Below, piece by piece: positions 24,983 to 34,889 of a stretch of DNA of 63,431 nt (position 1 is the first letter of the stretch; each line of letters starts with the position of its first letter). The stretch is from Deltaproteobacteria bacterium (GTDB lineage Bacteria; Desulfobacterota; Binatia; Bin18). The notes under the pieces are model-generated. The model was not told the DNA's origin and searched no databases. It saw only the letters and a list, made by a program, of their open reading frames with translations. Position numbers and translations under genes: made by a program. The DNA is taken from the NCBI GenBank assembly GCA_009692435.1, contig SHZE01000004.1, positions 1 to 63,431 of the forward strand, given 5' to 3'.

Positions 24983-26282
24983 GGGCGCCTCCATTGAGAC
25001 GATACTGCACTGCACGCGCATGGGCCTCAAGCCCCTCCATCTCCGCCAAGCGGATAATCTGCGGACCCAGGGTGGCTAACGCACGTGGTGAGGCTTCGAT
25101 GACACTGGTGCGTTTGAGGAAGTCGTAGACACCAAGAGGTGAAGAGAACCGCGCGGTCCCGCCAGTCGGCAGTACATGATTGGGACCAGCCATGTAGTCA
25201 CCAAATGGTTCAGTGGACCAATGACCAAGGAAAATTGCGCCAGTGTGACGGATGTCTTTGAGCCACGACCGTGGATTCTTGACGGCCAACTCCAGATGTT
25301 CTGGTGCCAGGGCATTGGCGAGAGCAACAATTTCCGCACGGTCACGAGCAATGATGACGGCACCGTGACGTTTAAGTGAGGCTTGGGCGATGGTGCGACG
25401 AGACAGCGTCACTAGTTGTTCGGTGAGCGAGTGGACAACCGCAGTTGCGAGCTTCTCTGATGTGGTGAGACAGAGCGGCGCGGCGAGTTCATCATGCTCA
25501 GCTTGTGACAGCATGTCCGCCGCGACGTAGTCGGGAGAGGCACTGTCATCGGCAATGACCAAAATTTCACTGGGCCCCGCAACCATATCAATATCAACTT
25601 GTCCAAAGACCAGCCGTTTGGCGGTCGCCACGTAAATGTTCCCCGGACCAACGATCTTATCCACGCGGGGGACGGTTTTGGTGCCGTAGGCGAGGGCGGC
25701 CACCGCTTGCGCTCCGCCAATACGAAAGAAGGCGTCCGCACCAGCGAGCGCCGCGGCCGCGAGAATACCGGGATGGTACCCCTGGGGAGAGGGCGGAGAG
25801 ACGACAATAATCTCTTTCACGCCCGCGACTTTGGCGGGGATCACATTCATCAACACCGAGGAAGGATAGGCGGCTTTTCCACCGGGCACGTACACGCCCG
25901 CTCGTTCCAGCGGCGTAATCTGTTGTCCCAGTGTCACGCCGAGTGGGTCACGATAGGACCACGAATGCTGTCGCTGTTTATTGTGGAAGGTGGCAATACG
26001 TTTGGCCGCGGTTTGTAATGCTGCCCGGTCGGCGCGCGGGAGGGTATCAAGCGCGGCGGCCATCTCGGCTTTGGTGACGTGTAAAGAGGCGGGTGTCAGA
26101 TGGACACGATCAAATTGTTTGGTATAGGCACACAGCGCGCGGTCGCCGGTCTTTTTCACCTGCTGGAGAATTTCTCGCACGCGCGTTTCGACTTCAGCGC
26201 CCGCCGATTCTCCGCGCGTCAATAACTGCTGCAATCGGCGTTGATAGGTGGGGTCCGTCGTTCTCAGTAAGGGGACAATCAT
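24936..26282 (-). CDS. hisD: Histidinol dehydrogenase
   Basis: YVPGGKAAYPSSVLM, IDMVAGPSE, GDYMAGPNHVLPT; overlaps hisB by 47 nt. Confidence 0.97.
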   Translation of the reverse strand: MIVPLLRTTDPTYQRRLQQLLTRGESAGAEVETRVREILQQVKKTGDRALCAYTKQFDRVHLTPASLHVTKAEMAAALDTLPRADRAALQTAAKRIATFHNKQRQHSWSYRDPLGVTLGQQITPLERAGVYVPGGKAAYPSSVLMNVIPAKVAGVKEIIVVSPPSPQGYHPGILAAAALAGADAFFRIGGAQAVAALAYGTKTVPRVDKIVGPGNIYVATAKRLVFGQVDIDMVAGPSEILVIADDSASPDYVAADMLSQAEHDELAAPLCLTTSEKLATAVVHSLTEQLVTLSRRTIAQASLKRHGAVIIARDRAEIVALANALAPEHLELAVKNPRSWLKDIRHTGAIFLGHWSTEPFGDYMAGPNHVLPTGGTARFSSPLGVYDFLKRTSVIEASPRALATLGPQIIRLAEMEGLEAHARAVQYRLNGGAHGHTGTHRDTASKNR

Positions 26283-26336
26283 GCAGGAACTTTACGGTGT
26301 GAGGCGGAGAACGTAAAGCGCGACGCGGAGGCGGGC

Positions 26337-26392
26337 GTTGGGAGTTGGGCTTTGGGGGAGACACTCAGAATCCCAAATCCGCAATCCCAATT
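26337..26392. repeat. Inverted heptamer arrays between murA and hisD
   Basis: GGAGTTG GGCTTTG GG... then CAGAATC CCAAATC CGCAATC CCAATT; GGAGTTGGGCTTTGGG is identical at 44865..44880. Confidence 0.75.
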
Positions 26393-26398
26393 TTTTCT

Positions 26399-27667
26399 TC
26401 ACTCTTCACTCTTCTCCTTGACCCTGCGAATGTCCGCGCCGAGATGCGAGAGTTTTTCTTCAATCCGTTCATATCCGCGATCGAGATGATAGACCCGCGA
26501 GACTTCAGTCGTTCCCTGTGCCGCAAGCCCGGCCAGAATTAACGACACGCTGGCGCGTAAGTCTGTTGCCATGACGGGGGCGCCACTGAGAAAAGCCATG
26601 CCGTTCACAGCCGCAGTGTTCCCCCGTGTCAGGATATTGGCTCCGAGTCGTGCCAGTTCTTGCGCGTGCATGAAACGGTTCTCGAAGACGGTTTCGGTAA
26701 TGAGGCTACGGCCATCTCCGAGTGTCAGGAGGGCCATCATCTGCGCTTGGAGATCAGTCGGAAAGCCGGGATAGGGCCAGGTGATCACATCAACACTCAA
26801 GGGTCGACCTTGGCACGACGCTTCAATGCCATCCTCTCGTTCAACAATCTGGACACCCGCGTCTTGGAGTTTGTCGAGAAAGGCGCGCAAATGATTTGCT
26901 CGTGCGCCACGGACGAATACGCGGCCCCCAGTGATGGCACCAGCAATGAGAAAGGTGCCCGCTTCTACGCGGTCGGCAACGACCTCGTGAGTGACACCAT
27001 GGAGGGTTGTGACTCCATCAATCGTGATCGTTCCTGTGCCTGCTCCACTGATGCGTGCTCCCATCGCATTGAGCATCGTTGCTAAGTCTTCAATCTCCGG
27101 TTCGCAGGCGGCGTTTTCAATGACTGTTGTTCCTTCAGCGAGGGTGGCGGCCATGAGGATATTTTCGGTCGCGCCCACTGAGGGAAACTCAAAGACAATA
27201 TGTGCCCCGTGCAGGCGTTTCGCCTCGGCTTCGACGTAGCCTTGTTGGTGGCGGATCGTCGCTCCTAATTGTTGCAAGGCATCGAGATGGATATTGACCG
27301 GACGCGTGCCAATCGCGCAGCCTCCCGGCGTGGACACCCGAGCACGACCAAAGCGCGCCAGCAGTGGACCGAGTACCAAGAACGACGCGCGCATGGTTTT
27401 GACTAAATCATACGGCGCTTCGCACTGGTGGACGGTATGAGGAGAGATCACGATCTCATCTTCACTCAGCCATTCGCTTTGGGCTCCGAGTTCATGCAGT
27501 AAGCGTACGGCGGTCCGAATATCCATGAGCCGGGGAACACGACGCAGGCGACATTCTTCCTGGGTCAACAGGGAAGCAAAAAGTAATGGCAGCGCGGCAT
27601 TTTTTGCACCGCTGACGGTGACCTCACCTCGTAACGGCACCCCACCCCGCACAACGATCTTATCCAT
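26399..27667 (-). CDS. murA: UDP-N-acetylglucosamine 1-carboxyvinyltransferase
   Basis: [34 protein letters not shown]. Confidence 0.97.
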   Translation of the reverse strand: MDKIVVRGGVPLRGEVTVSGAKNAALPLLFASLLTQEECRLRRVPRLMDIRTAVRLLHELGAQSEWLSEDEIVISPHTVHQCEAPYDLVKTMRASFLVLGPLLARFGRARVSTPGGCAIGTRPVNIHLDALQQLGATIRHQQGYVEAEAKRLHGAHIVFEFPSVGATENILMAATLAEGTTVIENAACEPEIEDLATMLNAMGARISGAGTGTITIDGVTTLHGVTHEVVADRVEAGTFLIAGAITGGRVFVRGARANHLRAFLDKLQDAGVQIVEREDGIEASCQGRPLSVDVITWPYPGFPTDLQAQMMALLTLGDGRSLITETVFENRFMHAQELARLGANILTRGNTAAVNGMAFLSGAPVMATDLRASVSLILAGLAAQGTTEVSRVYHLDRGYERIEEKLSHLGADIRRVKEKSEE

Positions 27668-27897
27668 ATCAGCTTTTTCCTCTGAACGTCGCGGTGCACG
27701 ACGTTCCGCTCTTTTTGTCAGGCACGTGTGTGTCTCCGGCAACACATGACGAACACTCTAGCTTGGGCCAAGATGTGCGAAGACTCGGATCGGAAAACCC
27801 GGAGGGACTACTTGTGAGGTGGCACTGTACCTTATTTTTCGCATATTGCCAAATTTCTCCGAAAAATCTCTTGTCCTCATGATCAAACCGGAGTAGT

Positions 27898-28857
27898 TCA
27901 GTTCTTTTGCGCCGCGACCACCCGGCCAACGCCCGCGTAATCGGGCACGCAAAAGCCATTGGCGAATCCGGTATGCTCTTTAAGCATGGACATGAGGACA
28001 GCCTCTTGTCCGTCGCCGATCTCCAGTACTAGCCAACCGTTAGTCGCGAGGTACTCGGGTGCTTCGTTCAAAAATTGGCGGTAAAAATCGAGCCCATCTT
28101 CTCCACCATCAAGGGCATGCCGTGGCTCCCAGTCTCGGACCTCCGGTTGCAGGGTCAGTAGGTCGCTGCGGGTGATATACGGTGGGTTGGAGACAATCAA
28201 AGCAAACAAGTGGCCCTGGTGAGTAACCGGCGTAAACAAAGAGCCTTGCAGGAAATGGATACGTTGGTGAACGCTATGTTGCTGCGCATTGGCCGTTGCG
28301 ACAGCGAGCGCATTCGCGGAAATGTCGGTTGCCCAGATCTCGGCGGCAGGCAGCTCGGTGGCGAGGGCAATGGCAATGCAGCCGCTGCCAGTGCCAATAT
28401 CGAGAATACGGGTGGGGGGTTGGGACTGATGAGGATTTGGGATTTGGGAAAGGAAGCGTAAGGCAGTTTCGACGAGGAGTTCTGTCTCCGGGCGGGGAAT
28501 CAGCACACGCGAGTCTACCGCGAACTCCAATGACCAGAACTCTTGTATGCCGGTAATGTACTGTACTGGTTCATGTTGGAGGCGGCGGGAGAGTATCTGT
28601 TGAAACGTGGCAATCTGAGGGAGGGACAGCACGGTATGAAAACGAGCGTAGAGCCCGGCGCGATTGATGCCAAGGCTGTGGGCCAGTAACACTTCGGCAT
28701 CAAGCTGGGGAGTTGTCAGGCCCAAGGCCATAAGCTCGGCTTCGGCCCAGGTGAGTACCTGGGCGAGGGTGGCATTGGATGGGGAGAATATATTGTGGGG
28801 ACCTGTTGCTGCCCCATTGCTGCTACTGACAGCTCTCACTCGCGACTCGGAACTCAT
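27898..28857 (-). CDS. prmC: Release factor glutamine methyltransferase
   Basis: VLIPRPETE, LDIGTGSGCIA, VSNPPY. Confidence 0.95.
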   Translation of the reverse strand: MSSESRVRAVSSSNGAATGPHNIFSPSNATLAQVLTWAEAELMALGLTTPQLDAEVLLAHSLGINRAGLYARFHTVLSLPQIATFQQILSRRLQHEPVQYITGIQEFWSLEFAVDSRVLIPRPETELLVETALRFLSQIPNPHQSQPPTRILDIGTGSGCIAIALATELPAAEIWATDISANALAVATANAQQHSVHQRIHFLQGSLFTPVTHQGHLFALIVSNPPYITRSDLLTLQPEVRDWEPRHALDGGEDGLDFYRQFLNEAPEYLATNGWLVLEIGDGQEAVLMSMLKEHTGFANGFCVPDYAGVGRVVAAQKN

Positions 28858-28866
28858 AACGCGAAA

Positions 28867-29952
28867 CTAACTGTCCGTCGTTTTGAGCATTTCCGCCTGA
28901 TGCGAGGTATTCAGAGCATCAACGACAGGGTCAAGTTCGCCATCCAGCACGCGGTCGAGTGTGTACAGGGTCAAGTTAATGCGGTGATCCGTGAGGCGTG
29001 ATTGCGGAAAATTATAGGTGCGGATGCGCTCAGATCGATCTCCCGATCCGACCATGCTGCGACGCGAAGCGGAAATCGCCGCTTGCTGTTCTCCCCGCGC
29101 TTTTTCTAATAAACGAGCCCGGAGGATTTTCAGCCCCTTCGCCTTGTTCTTGTGTTGTGACTTTTCATCTTGGCACGACACCACTAGGCCTGAAGGAATA
29201 TGGGTAATGCGGACCGCTGAGTCGGTGGTATTGACGCTTTGACCACCTGGACCAGATGAACGGAACACATCAATGCGTAGGTCTTTATCGTCAAGGTGGA
29301 CATCGACGTCATCCGCTTCCGGGAGTACAGCCACGGTGACCGCCGAGGTGTGAATCCGTCCGGAAGCTTCCGTTTCTGGCACGCGCTGGACGCGATGGAC
29401 ACCGCCCTCGAACTTGAGGCGGCTGTAGGCGCGCTTGCCTTCGATCATGCTGATGATTTCTTTGATACCGCCAAGACCGGTGGTGCTGGAACTCATCACC
29501 TCGAGCTTCCAATGGTTGCGCTCCGCATAGCGCGTGTACATGCGAAAGAGATTGGCGGCGAATAAACTCGCTTCCTCGCCGCCCGTGCCAGCGCGGATTT
29601 CGAGCAGCACGTTTTTTTCGTCAAGCGGGTCTTTCGGGATGAGCAGGCGACGGAGATCGTCTTGCAATTGCGTGCTTCTGGCCTCTAAAGCTGTTTGCTC
29701 TTCTCGGGCCATCTCGCAGACCGCCGGGTCCGGGTCCTCCAGCAAGGTCTTGTTGTCAGCGAGTTCGTGCGTAACCTGCCGCCATTCACGAAAACACGTG
29801 ATGACTTCCTCTAGCGACGAATGCTCCTTGGCGAGTTTGGTGTACTCCTTGGAGTTGTTCCGCGCTTCCGGTTGCACGAGGGCTGCTTCGAGTTCTTGGT
29901 ACCGCTTCTCGACCTCGGTGAGCTTACCGAAGAGGGTATCTGTATCACTCAT
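28867..29952 (-). CDS. prfA: Peptide chain release factor 1
   Basis: GVHRVQRVPETE, SSGPGGQSVNTTDSAVR. Confidence 0.97.
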   Translation of the reverse strand: MSDTDTLFGKLTEVEKRYQELEAALVQPEARNNSKEYTKLAKEHSSLEEVITCFREWRQVTHELADNKTLLEDPDPAVCEMAREEQTALEARSTQLQDDLRRLLIPKDPLDEKNVLLEIRAGTGGEEASLFAANLFRMYTRYAERNHWKLEVMSSSTTGLGGIKEIISMIEGKRAYSRLKFEGGVHRVQRVPETEASGRIHTSAVTVAVLPEADDVDVHLDDKDLRIDVFRSSGPGGQSVNTTDSAVRITHIPSGLVVSCQDEKSQHKNKAKGLKILRARLLEKARGEQQAAISASRRSMVGSGDRSERIRTYNFPQSRLTDHRINLTLYTLDRVLDGELDPVVDALNTSHQAEMLKTTDS

Positions 29953-30001
29953 GCCAATTGTTCTCGTCTGAGCTGTGTAGCTCTTGGGGTGTGAAAAAGG
30001 G

Positions 30002-30029
30002 GTCAGGGCGGTTGATGAACCGCCCTGAC
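30002..30029 (-). terminator. Intrinsic terminator-like hairpin after rpmE
   Basis: GTCAGGGCGGTT-4 nt-AACCGCCCTGAC, followed on the minus strand by CCCTTTTT. Confidence 0.65.
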
Positions 30030-30094
30030 GGGAAGGAAACTGACGCTCTGTTGCTCAATCCTATCAGGAGTGAGGCGAAGCCGTTGTAGGGACG

Positions 30095-30337
30095 CTACGC
30101 TTGTGGTGCCGCTGCCGCAGTCGCCGCGGTCGCCGCGTCGGATTTGTTATACCGGCGGCGGAAACGTTCGACCCGTCCGCCAGCGTCCATGATCCGTTGG
30201 CGACCGGTGTAGTACGGGTGGCACTGGGAACAGACATCAAGGTGAATCGTTGGGGATGTCGATTTCGTTTCAAATGTATGACCACACGCGCACGCGACCA
30301 CACATTTATCGTATTTGGGATGGATGCCGTCTTTCAT
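30095..30337 (-). CDS. rpmE: 50S ribosomal protein L31 (Zn-binding type)
   Basis: MKDGIHPKY, CACG, CSQCHPYYTG, GRVERFRRRY. Confidence 0.96.
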   Translation of the reverse strand: MKDGIHPKYDKCVVACACGHTFETKSTSPTIHLDVCSQCHPYYTGRQRIMDAGGRVERFRRRYNKSDAATAATAAAAPQA

Positions 30338-30404
30338 TCTCAACCTCCGCTGGCTACTATTACCACCTCGCTGCAAGAGCCGCAAGGTGAATTAGGAGGG
30401 ACAC

Positions 30405-31577
30405 ATGGAACCGCAACATCTGCGAGATATGCAGGAGGCACTCCAACACGAACATGTCGATGGTTGGCTGTTCTACGATTTTCGCGGGAGTGATCCGCTC
30501 GCGTATCGTATTCTTGGTCTAGATACGACGACGATTTCCACTCGCCGTTGGTACTACTTCATTCCCGCTCACGGTGAACCGGTAGGGGTCGTCTCCAGTG
30601 TTGAGCCACGCCGGCTCGATCTCCTCCCCGGCCAGAAGCGGGTTTTTCTCTCGTGGCAGCAACTCCAGGCCCATCTTGCCGAGACCTTGCGCGGAGTGCA
30701 TCGGATAGCCATGCAGTATTCCCCGGGCAATGCGATTCCCTATATCTCCCGTGTCGATGCTGGAACCATTGAGCAAATTCGCCAGCTTGGGGTCGAGGTC
30801 GTCTCCGCCGCTGATTTGGTGCAACGGTTCGAGGCGGTGTGGACAACTGTCCAATGGGAGAGTCACCTGCGTGCCGCCAAAGGGGTCCGCGAGACCGTGG
30901 ACGAGGCATTTGCCTATATCCGGCAACATGCGTCGGTGTCCGAATACGCTACGCAACAGTTCATTCTTCAACGGTTCGCGGATCGGGGATTAACGACCCA
31001 CCACCCACCGATTGTAGCGATCAATGCTCATAGCGCCGATCCACATTTTGAGCCCCAGCCAGAAGGCTCCGCGCTCATTCGACCAGGCGACTTCGTGTTG
31101 ATTGACCTATGGGCAAAAGAACCGAACGGCGTCTACGCCGATATTACCTGGACGGGATTCATGGGCGCGGAGGTGCCTGCTCGGTATCAGGAAATTTTCA
31201 CGTATGTGCGCGATGCCCGCGATGCCGCGATTGCTTTTGTGCAAGAACGAATGAGACGGGAACAGTCCTTTGCTGGGTATGAGGTCGATGCGGCATCGCG
31301 CCAGGTGATTGTCGATGCCGGGTATGGCGACTACTTCGTGCACCGCACTGGCCATTCGATTGGTGAAGAAGTGCATGGGAACGGCGCGAACATGGACGGT
31401 CTGGAAACCCGCGACGAGCGACGCGTATTGCCGGGGACCTGCTTTTCCATCGAACCAGGCATCTATCTGCAAGGGGAGTTTGGTGTGCGTAGTGAGATCA
31501 ACATCTACATGACTCCGAGCGAGGCGATTGTCACCGGTGCGCCGATGCAAACTGAGGTCGTTCCCATCTTGGCGTAA
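30405..31577 (+). CDS. M24 family Xaa-Pro aminopeptidase
   Basis: VLIDLWA, YADITW, HRTGHSIG, FSIEPGIY, GVRSEI. Confidence 0.9.
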   Translation: MEPQHLRDMQEALQHEHVDGWLFYDFRGSDPLAYRILGLDTTTISTRRWYYFIPAHGEPVGVVSSVEPRRLDLLPGQKRVFLSWQQLQAHLAETLRGVHRIAMQYSPGNAIPYISRVDAGTIEQIRQLGVEVVSAADLVQRFEAVWTTVQWESHLRAAKGVRETVDEAFAYIRQHASVSEYATQQFILQRFADRGLTTHHPPIVAINAHSADPHFEPQPEGSALIRPGDFVLIDLWAKEPNGVYADITWTGFMGAEVPARYQEIFTYVRDARDAAIAFVQERMRREQSFAGYEVDAASRQVIVDAGYGDYFVHRTGHSIGEEVHGNGANMDGLETRDERRVLPGTCFSIEPGIYLQGEFGVRSEINIYMTPSEAIVTGAPMQTEVVPILA

Positions 31578-31587
31578 GGAAAACTCC

Positions 31588-31836
31588 ATGTTGACACATT
31601 ACATTCGGGCTGCCATGCGGCAAGCAAAATATGAAATCTTGTCCGACGATGGCCCCTTTTACGGGAAAATTCCCGGCTTTGATGGCGTCTATGCCAACGC
31701 CGAGACCCTCGAATCCTGTCGTGAGGAACTCGAAGAGGTCCTGGAAGAATGGATTTTATTCCGCGTCTCGAAAACCCTTGCCGTCCCTCTTGCCGGAGGA
31801 ATTGAGTTAGCCGTCGCCGAGTGGGAAAGTCTCTGA
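31588..31836 (+). CDS. HicB-family antitoxin (no hicA partner)
   Basis: MLTHYIRAAM...FYGKIPGFDGVYANAETLESCREELEEVLEEW. Confidence 0.82.
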   Translation: MLTHYIRAAMRQAKYEILSDDGPFYGKIPGFDGVYANAETLESCREELEEVLEEWILFRVSKTLAVPLAGGIELAVAEWESL

Positions 31837-32565
31837 ATGGTGAAGAACTTGGCGATCTTCGACATCGACGGCACGTTGACCCAAACGACGCACGTCGATG
31901 ATACCTGTTTCGTGCAATCCTTTATTGATGAGCTGGGGATTCACGATCTGGATACTGACTGGTCACGGTATCCCACGGTTTGCGACTCCGGCATTACCCA
32001 GCACATTTTTCGCACGCATTTTGACCGGATGCCTTCAGCGACAGAGAGAGTCCGGCTTCAGCATCGCTTCGTTTCGCTTCTGGAACAAGCCTACGAACGT
32101 GAGCCGCACCTGTTTGTCGAGGTGCCAGGCGCGGGAGCCGCAATCCACGAGCTCCGACAGCACCCTGACTGGGCCGTGGCGATCGCGACTGGGGGGTGGC
32201 AAGCATCCGCTCTGTTTAAGCTCGGTAAAGCTCGTATTGCCGTGGAGGGGATTCCCGCCGCGTTTGCTGACCACGGCGTCACACGCGAAGTGATTGTGGC
32301 CGCGGCGCTCGTCATGGCGCGACATACGTACCAGCAGCACCAGTTTGCTCGCATTGTGTGTATCGGCGATGGGGTGTGGGACGTTCGTACCGCTCGGCAA
32401 CTCAATCTAGAGTTTATTGGTGTCGCGAGTGGAGAGCGCGAGACGGTCTTGCGCGCTGAAGGTGCACGCGCCATTATTCGGGACTTCTCGGATTTTGATC
32501 AATTTCGACACATGCTAGAGGAACTTGACTATGGCAAAAGTGTGGTTTGTTCGTCCGCAAAATAA
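31837..32565 (+). CDS. HAD family hydrolase
   Basis: FDIDGTL, IATGG, CIGDGVWD. Confidence 0.88.
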   Translation: MVKNLAIFDIDGTLTQTTHVDDTCFVQSFIDELGIHDLDTDWSRYPTVCDSGITQHIFRTHFDRMPSATERVRLQHRFVSLLEQAYEREPHLFVEVPGAGAAIHELRQHPDWAVAIATGGWQASALFKLGKARIAVEGIPAAFADHGVTREVIVAAALVMARHTYQQHQFARIVCIGDGVWDVRTARQLNLEFIGVASGERETVLRAEGARAIIRDFSDFDQFRHMLEELDYGKSVVCSSAK

Positions 32566-32836
32566 GATGATCGCTCTGGGCGGAAAGCCCGCCTACCAAG
32601 GCGAGATGCAACAATTGATTTGGCCGCTTGATCTCGGCCTGCACCGGTTTCATGGGCCGATTCCCCTGGTTCCCAATGATGAAACGCCGCAAGAATTCGC
32701 CCCTGAGGATAAGGTGTTCGTCGAAGTGACGGCGGACGATATGAAGATGGGCACGAGCTACCAAGTGGGGTTCTACTCCTCCCCCTATTCGCCGAAAGCC
32801 GCGATCGCGCGCTTGGGACAGCCATATCAAGGGTAG
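32531..32836 (+). CDS. Hypothetical protein
   Basis: 101-aa ORF overlapping the HAD end; no recognised motif. Confidence 0.55.
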   Translation: MAKVWFVRPQNKMIALGGKPAYQGEMQQLIWPLDLGLHRFHGPIPLVPNDETPQEFAPEDKVFVEVTADDMKMGTSYQVGFYSSPYSPKAAIARLGQPYQG

Positions 32837-33138
32837 TGGCTGGCCTTCTAAAAAATCCCTCTCCCGACTGAGTCAATGACCTCAAGTTAAGAGTTTTTGG
32901 CGTGGTGGAAGTTGCCCCTCGCGCCACCATTCGCCTGTGGTTTCACCACCGGTGAAATGGTGGCGCACGGCGACCATGAGGTTGAGCTTCATGCCGATGC
33001 CCGAGCCGGGAGCAGGAATCGCGGCCCCCACTCATATCATGTCCTTGGCCATTACGGGGCAGGGCCGCTGCCCGGAACTCTGGCGAAGGTGAGCGGACTT
33101 GAGAAAGGGCGAACACATCCAGCGCAGGAGACGAGGGT

Positions 33139-34606
33139 ATGAAGACGAATCTGAGGAGACGATTGCTGGTGAGCGGGCTGCTGGTGAGCGGGCTGCTCAG
33201 TGGGACGCCGAGCGTGGGAGCGCCGAGCGCGGCGGGGCGCACGCAGTGGCTGAGCACGGCGGGGCAGGTGCCCGAAGGGCTAAGCTGGTCCGAGTGGCAG
33301 AGTATCCGCGCGGCGTATGAAGCGGGGCGGCATGCGTTCCAGCCCACGGCGCACGGCTGGCAGGGGCGTAATCCGGGCCAGCTGTGGGTGACGACGTTCG
33401 ATCAGCGCGGGTTCGAGGCGCGGCCCGCGCACGGCGTCTGGCGGTGGGGGTTGGAACTGCACAGCTATGGCTTCGGGGATGCGCAACATCCCGTCGGCGG
33501 GCAGCCGACCGTGCACGCCGCCGGCCTGCGCCTGAGCTATCAGTGGGATGAGACGGTGTGGGAATGGTTCGTCAACGACCCGTGACCGTCACGGGCGTGA
33601 ACGATGAGACTGTGGATGGCGCATCGGTTACACCATCATCACGGCGGCGACGAGCCCGGACACCGTTTACGACGGGATCGCGGTGGCCGATGTCAGTGTG
33701 AGCAATTGTGATGACGGGGAGGCCGACCTCACGCTGAGTAAGACGGATGGGGTGACGACGGTGCTCCCGGGACAGACGGTGACCTATACGATCACGGGGA
33801 ACAACGCGGGCCCGGCGGCGACGACCGCGACGGTGACGGACACGTTTCCCGCCGCGTGTGGGAGTGTAAGTTGGACGTGCACGACGGGAGGCGGGGCCAG
33901 TTGCACGGGGAGTGGCAGTGGGAATGTGAATGACCCGGTGATTCTGCCTAATGGCGGGGGTGTGACCTACACGGCGACGTGTATGGTAGCGGGGAGTGCG
34001 AGTGGGAGCCTGATCAACACAGCGAGCATAAGCTCCTCGAATGACCCGAACACGGGCAACAACAGTGCCACGGACACGGATACGATCTGTACGTATGCGC
34101 TGACGCCACCAAATCAAGTGGTGACGGCGAGCGCGAGGGCGATGCAAGTGGTGGTGACGACCCCAGCGGGATGTGGGTGGACGGCGGTGAGTCACGTGCC
34201 GTCGTGGGTGATGGTGACCAGCGGAAGTTCGGGCAGTGGCACGGTGCAGTACAGCGTGGCGGCCAATGCCGGTCCTAATCCTCGCCGCGGGCACCTGACG
34301 ATCGCGGGCCAGCCGTTCCTGGTATCGCAGCGCACCCCTGTGCCGCCGCCGTGCACGGTGACGATTCCTTCTGGGACGACAGTGGGCAATGGCGTGGGTG
34401 GGGCGAACTTCCTGATCACTGCTTCAACGGGGAATTGTGCGTGGTCCGTAAAGAGTCACGTGGTGTGGATGACCATCACCTCGGCGGCCAGTGGAAGCGG
34501 AGGGAGTTTGGTGACGTTCACGGTTGTGGCGAATTCGACCGGCCAGCCGCGGGCGGGGCGGATCACGGTCAACGGCAAACGGTACACGGTCACGCAGAAT
34601 CCGTAA
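33139..34606 (+). pseudogene. Relic of a large secreted/surface protein: signal peptide + FG-GAP-protein-like N-terminus, deletion junction, Calx-beta-like repeat, DUF11 domain, two BACON-like domains
   Basis: Frame 1 ends at EWFVNDP*. The remainder reads VTVTGVNDETVDG[D]IGYTIITAATS (1-nt deletion), ADLTLSKTDG...VTYTIT...NAGP (DUF11), and CGWTAVS / CAWSVKS...GSG.V.Y.V.AN (BACON). Confidence 0.7.
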
Positions 34607-34621
34607 GCTGTTCCTCTCGCT

Positions 34622-34681
34622 GCCACGCGGGCGGAGAGTGCTCTGGGCCTTCGGCACCACCGCACTCTCCGCCCGCGTGGC
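34622..34681. terminator. Perfect 20-bp-stem hairpin between convergent loci
   Basis: GCCACGCGGGCGGAGAGTGC-20 nt-GCACTCTCCGCCCGCGTGGC. Confidence 0.7.
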
Positions 34682-34889
34682 GTCGCTCTGTCATCGCCGC
34701 TCCTCCAACCGGTCGCGTTCCGCCGGAGAAGCGGGCACAACGGGAGCCAGATGGAGCATGAATTTCCTAAGGTTCCTTCCTTCAAGATGCGGATGTGTGA
34801 TGCGGGTGAATACTTATCCCGCTGTGGCGCGCCGTGCGAGGGGAAAAACCTACCCCTGAAAGGAGAAGGGGGATGGAGTGAATCGTCCC

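Noticed and set aside
32837-33138. Riboswitch or ncRNA upstream of the surface-protein relic
   Set aside because: Nested hairpins exist near 32920..32970, but no recognisable family motif was found and there is no covariation evidence.
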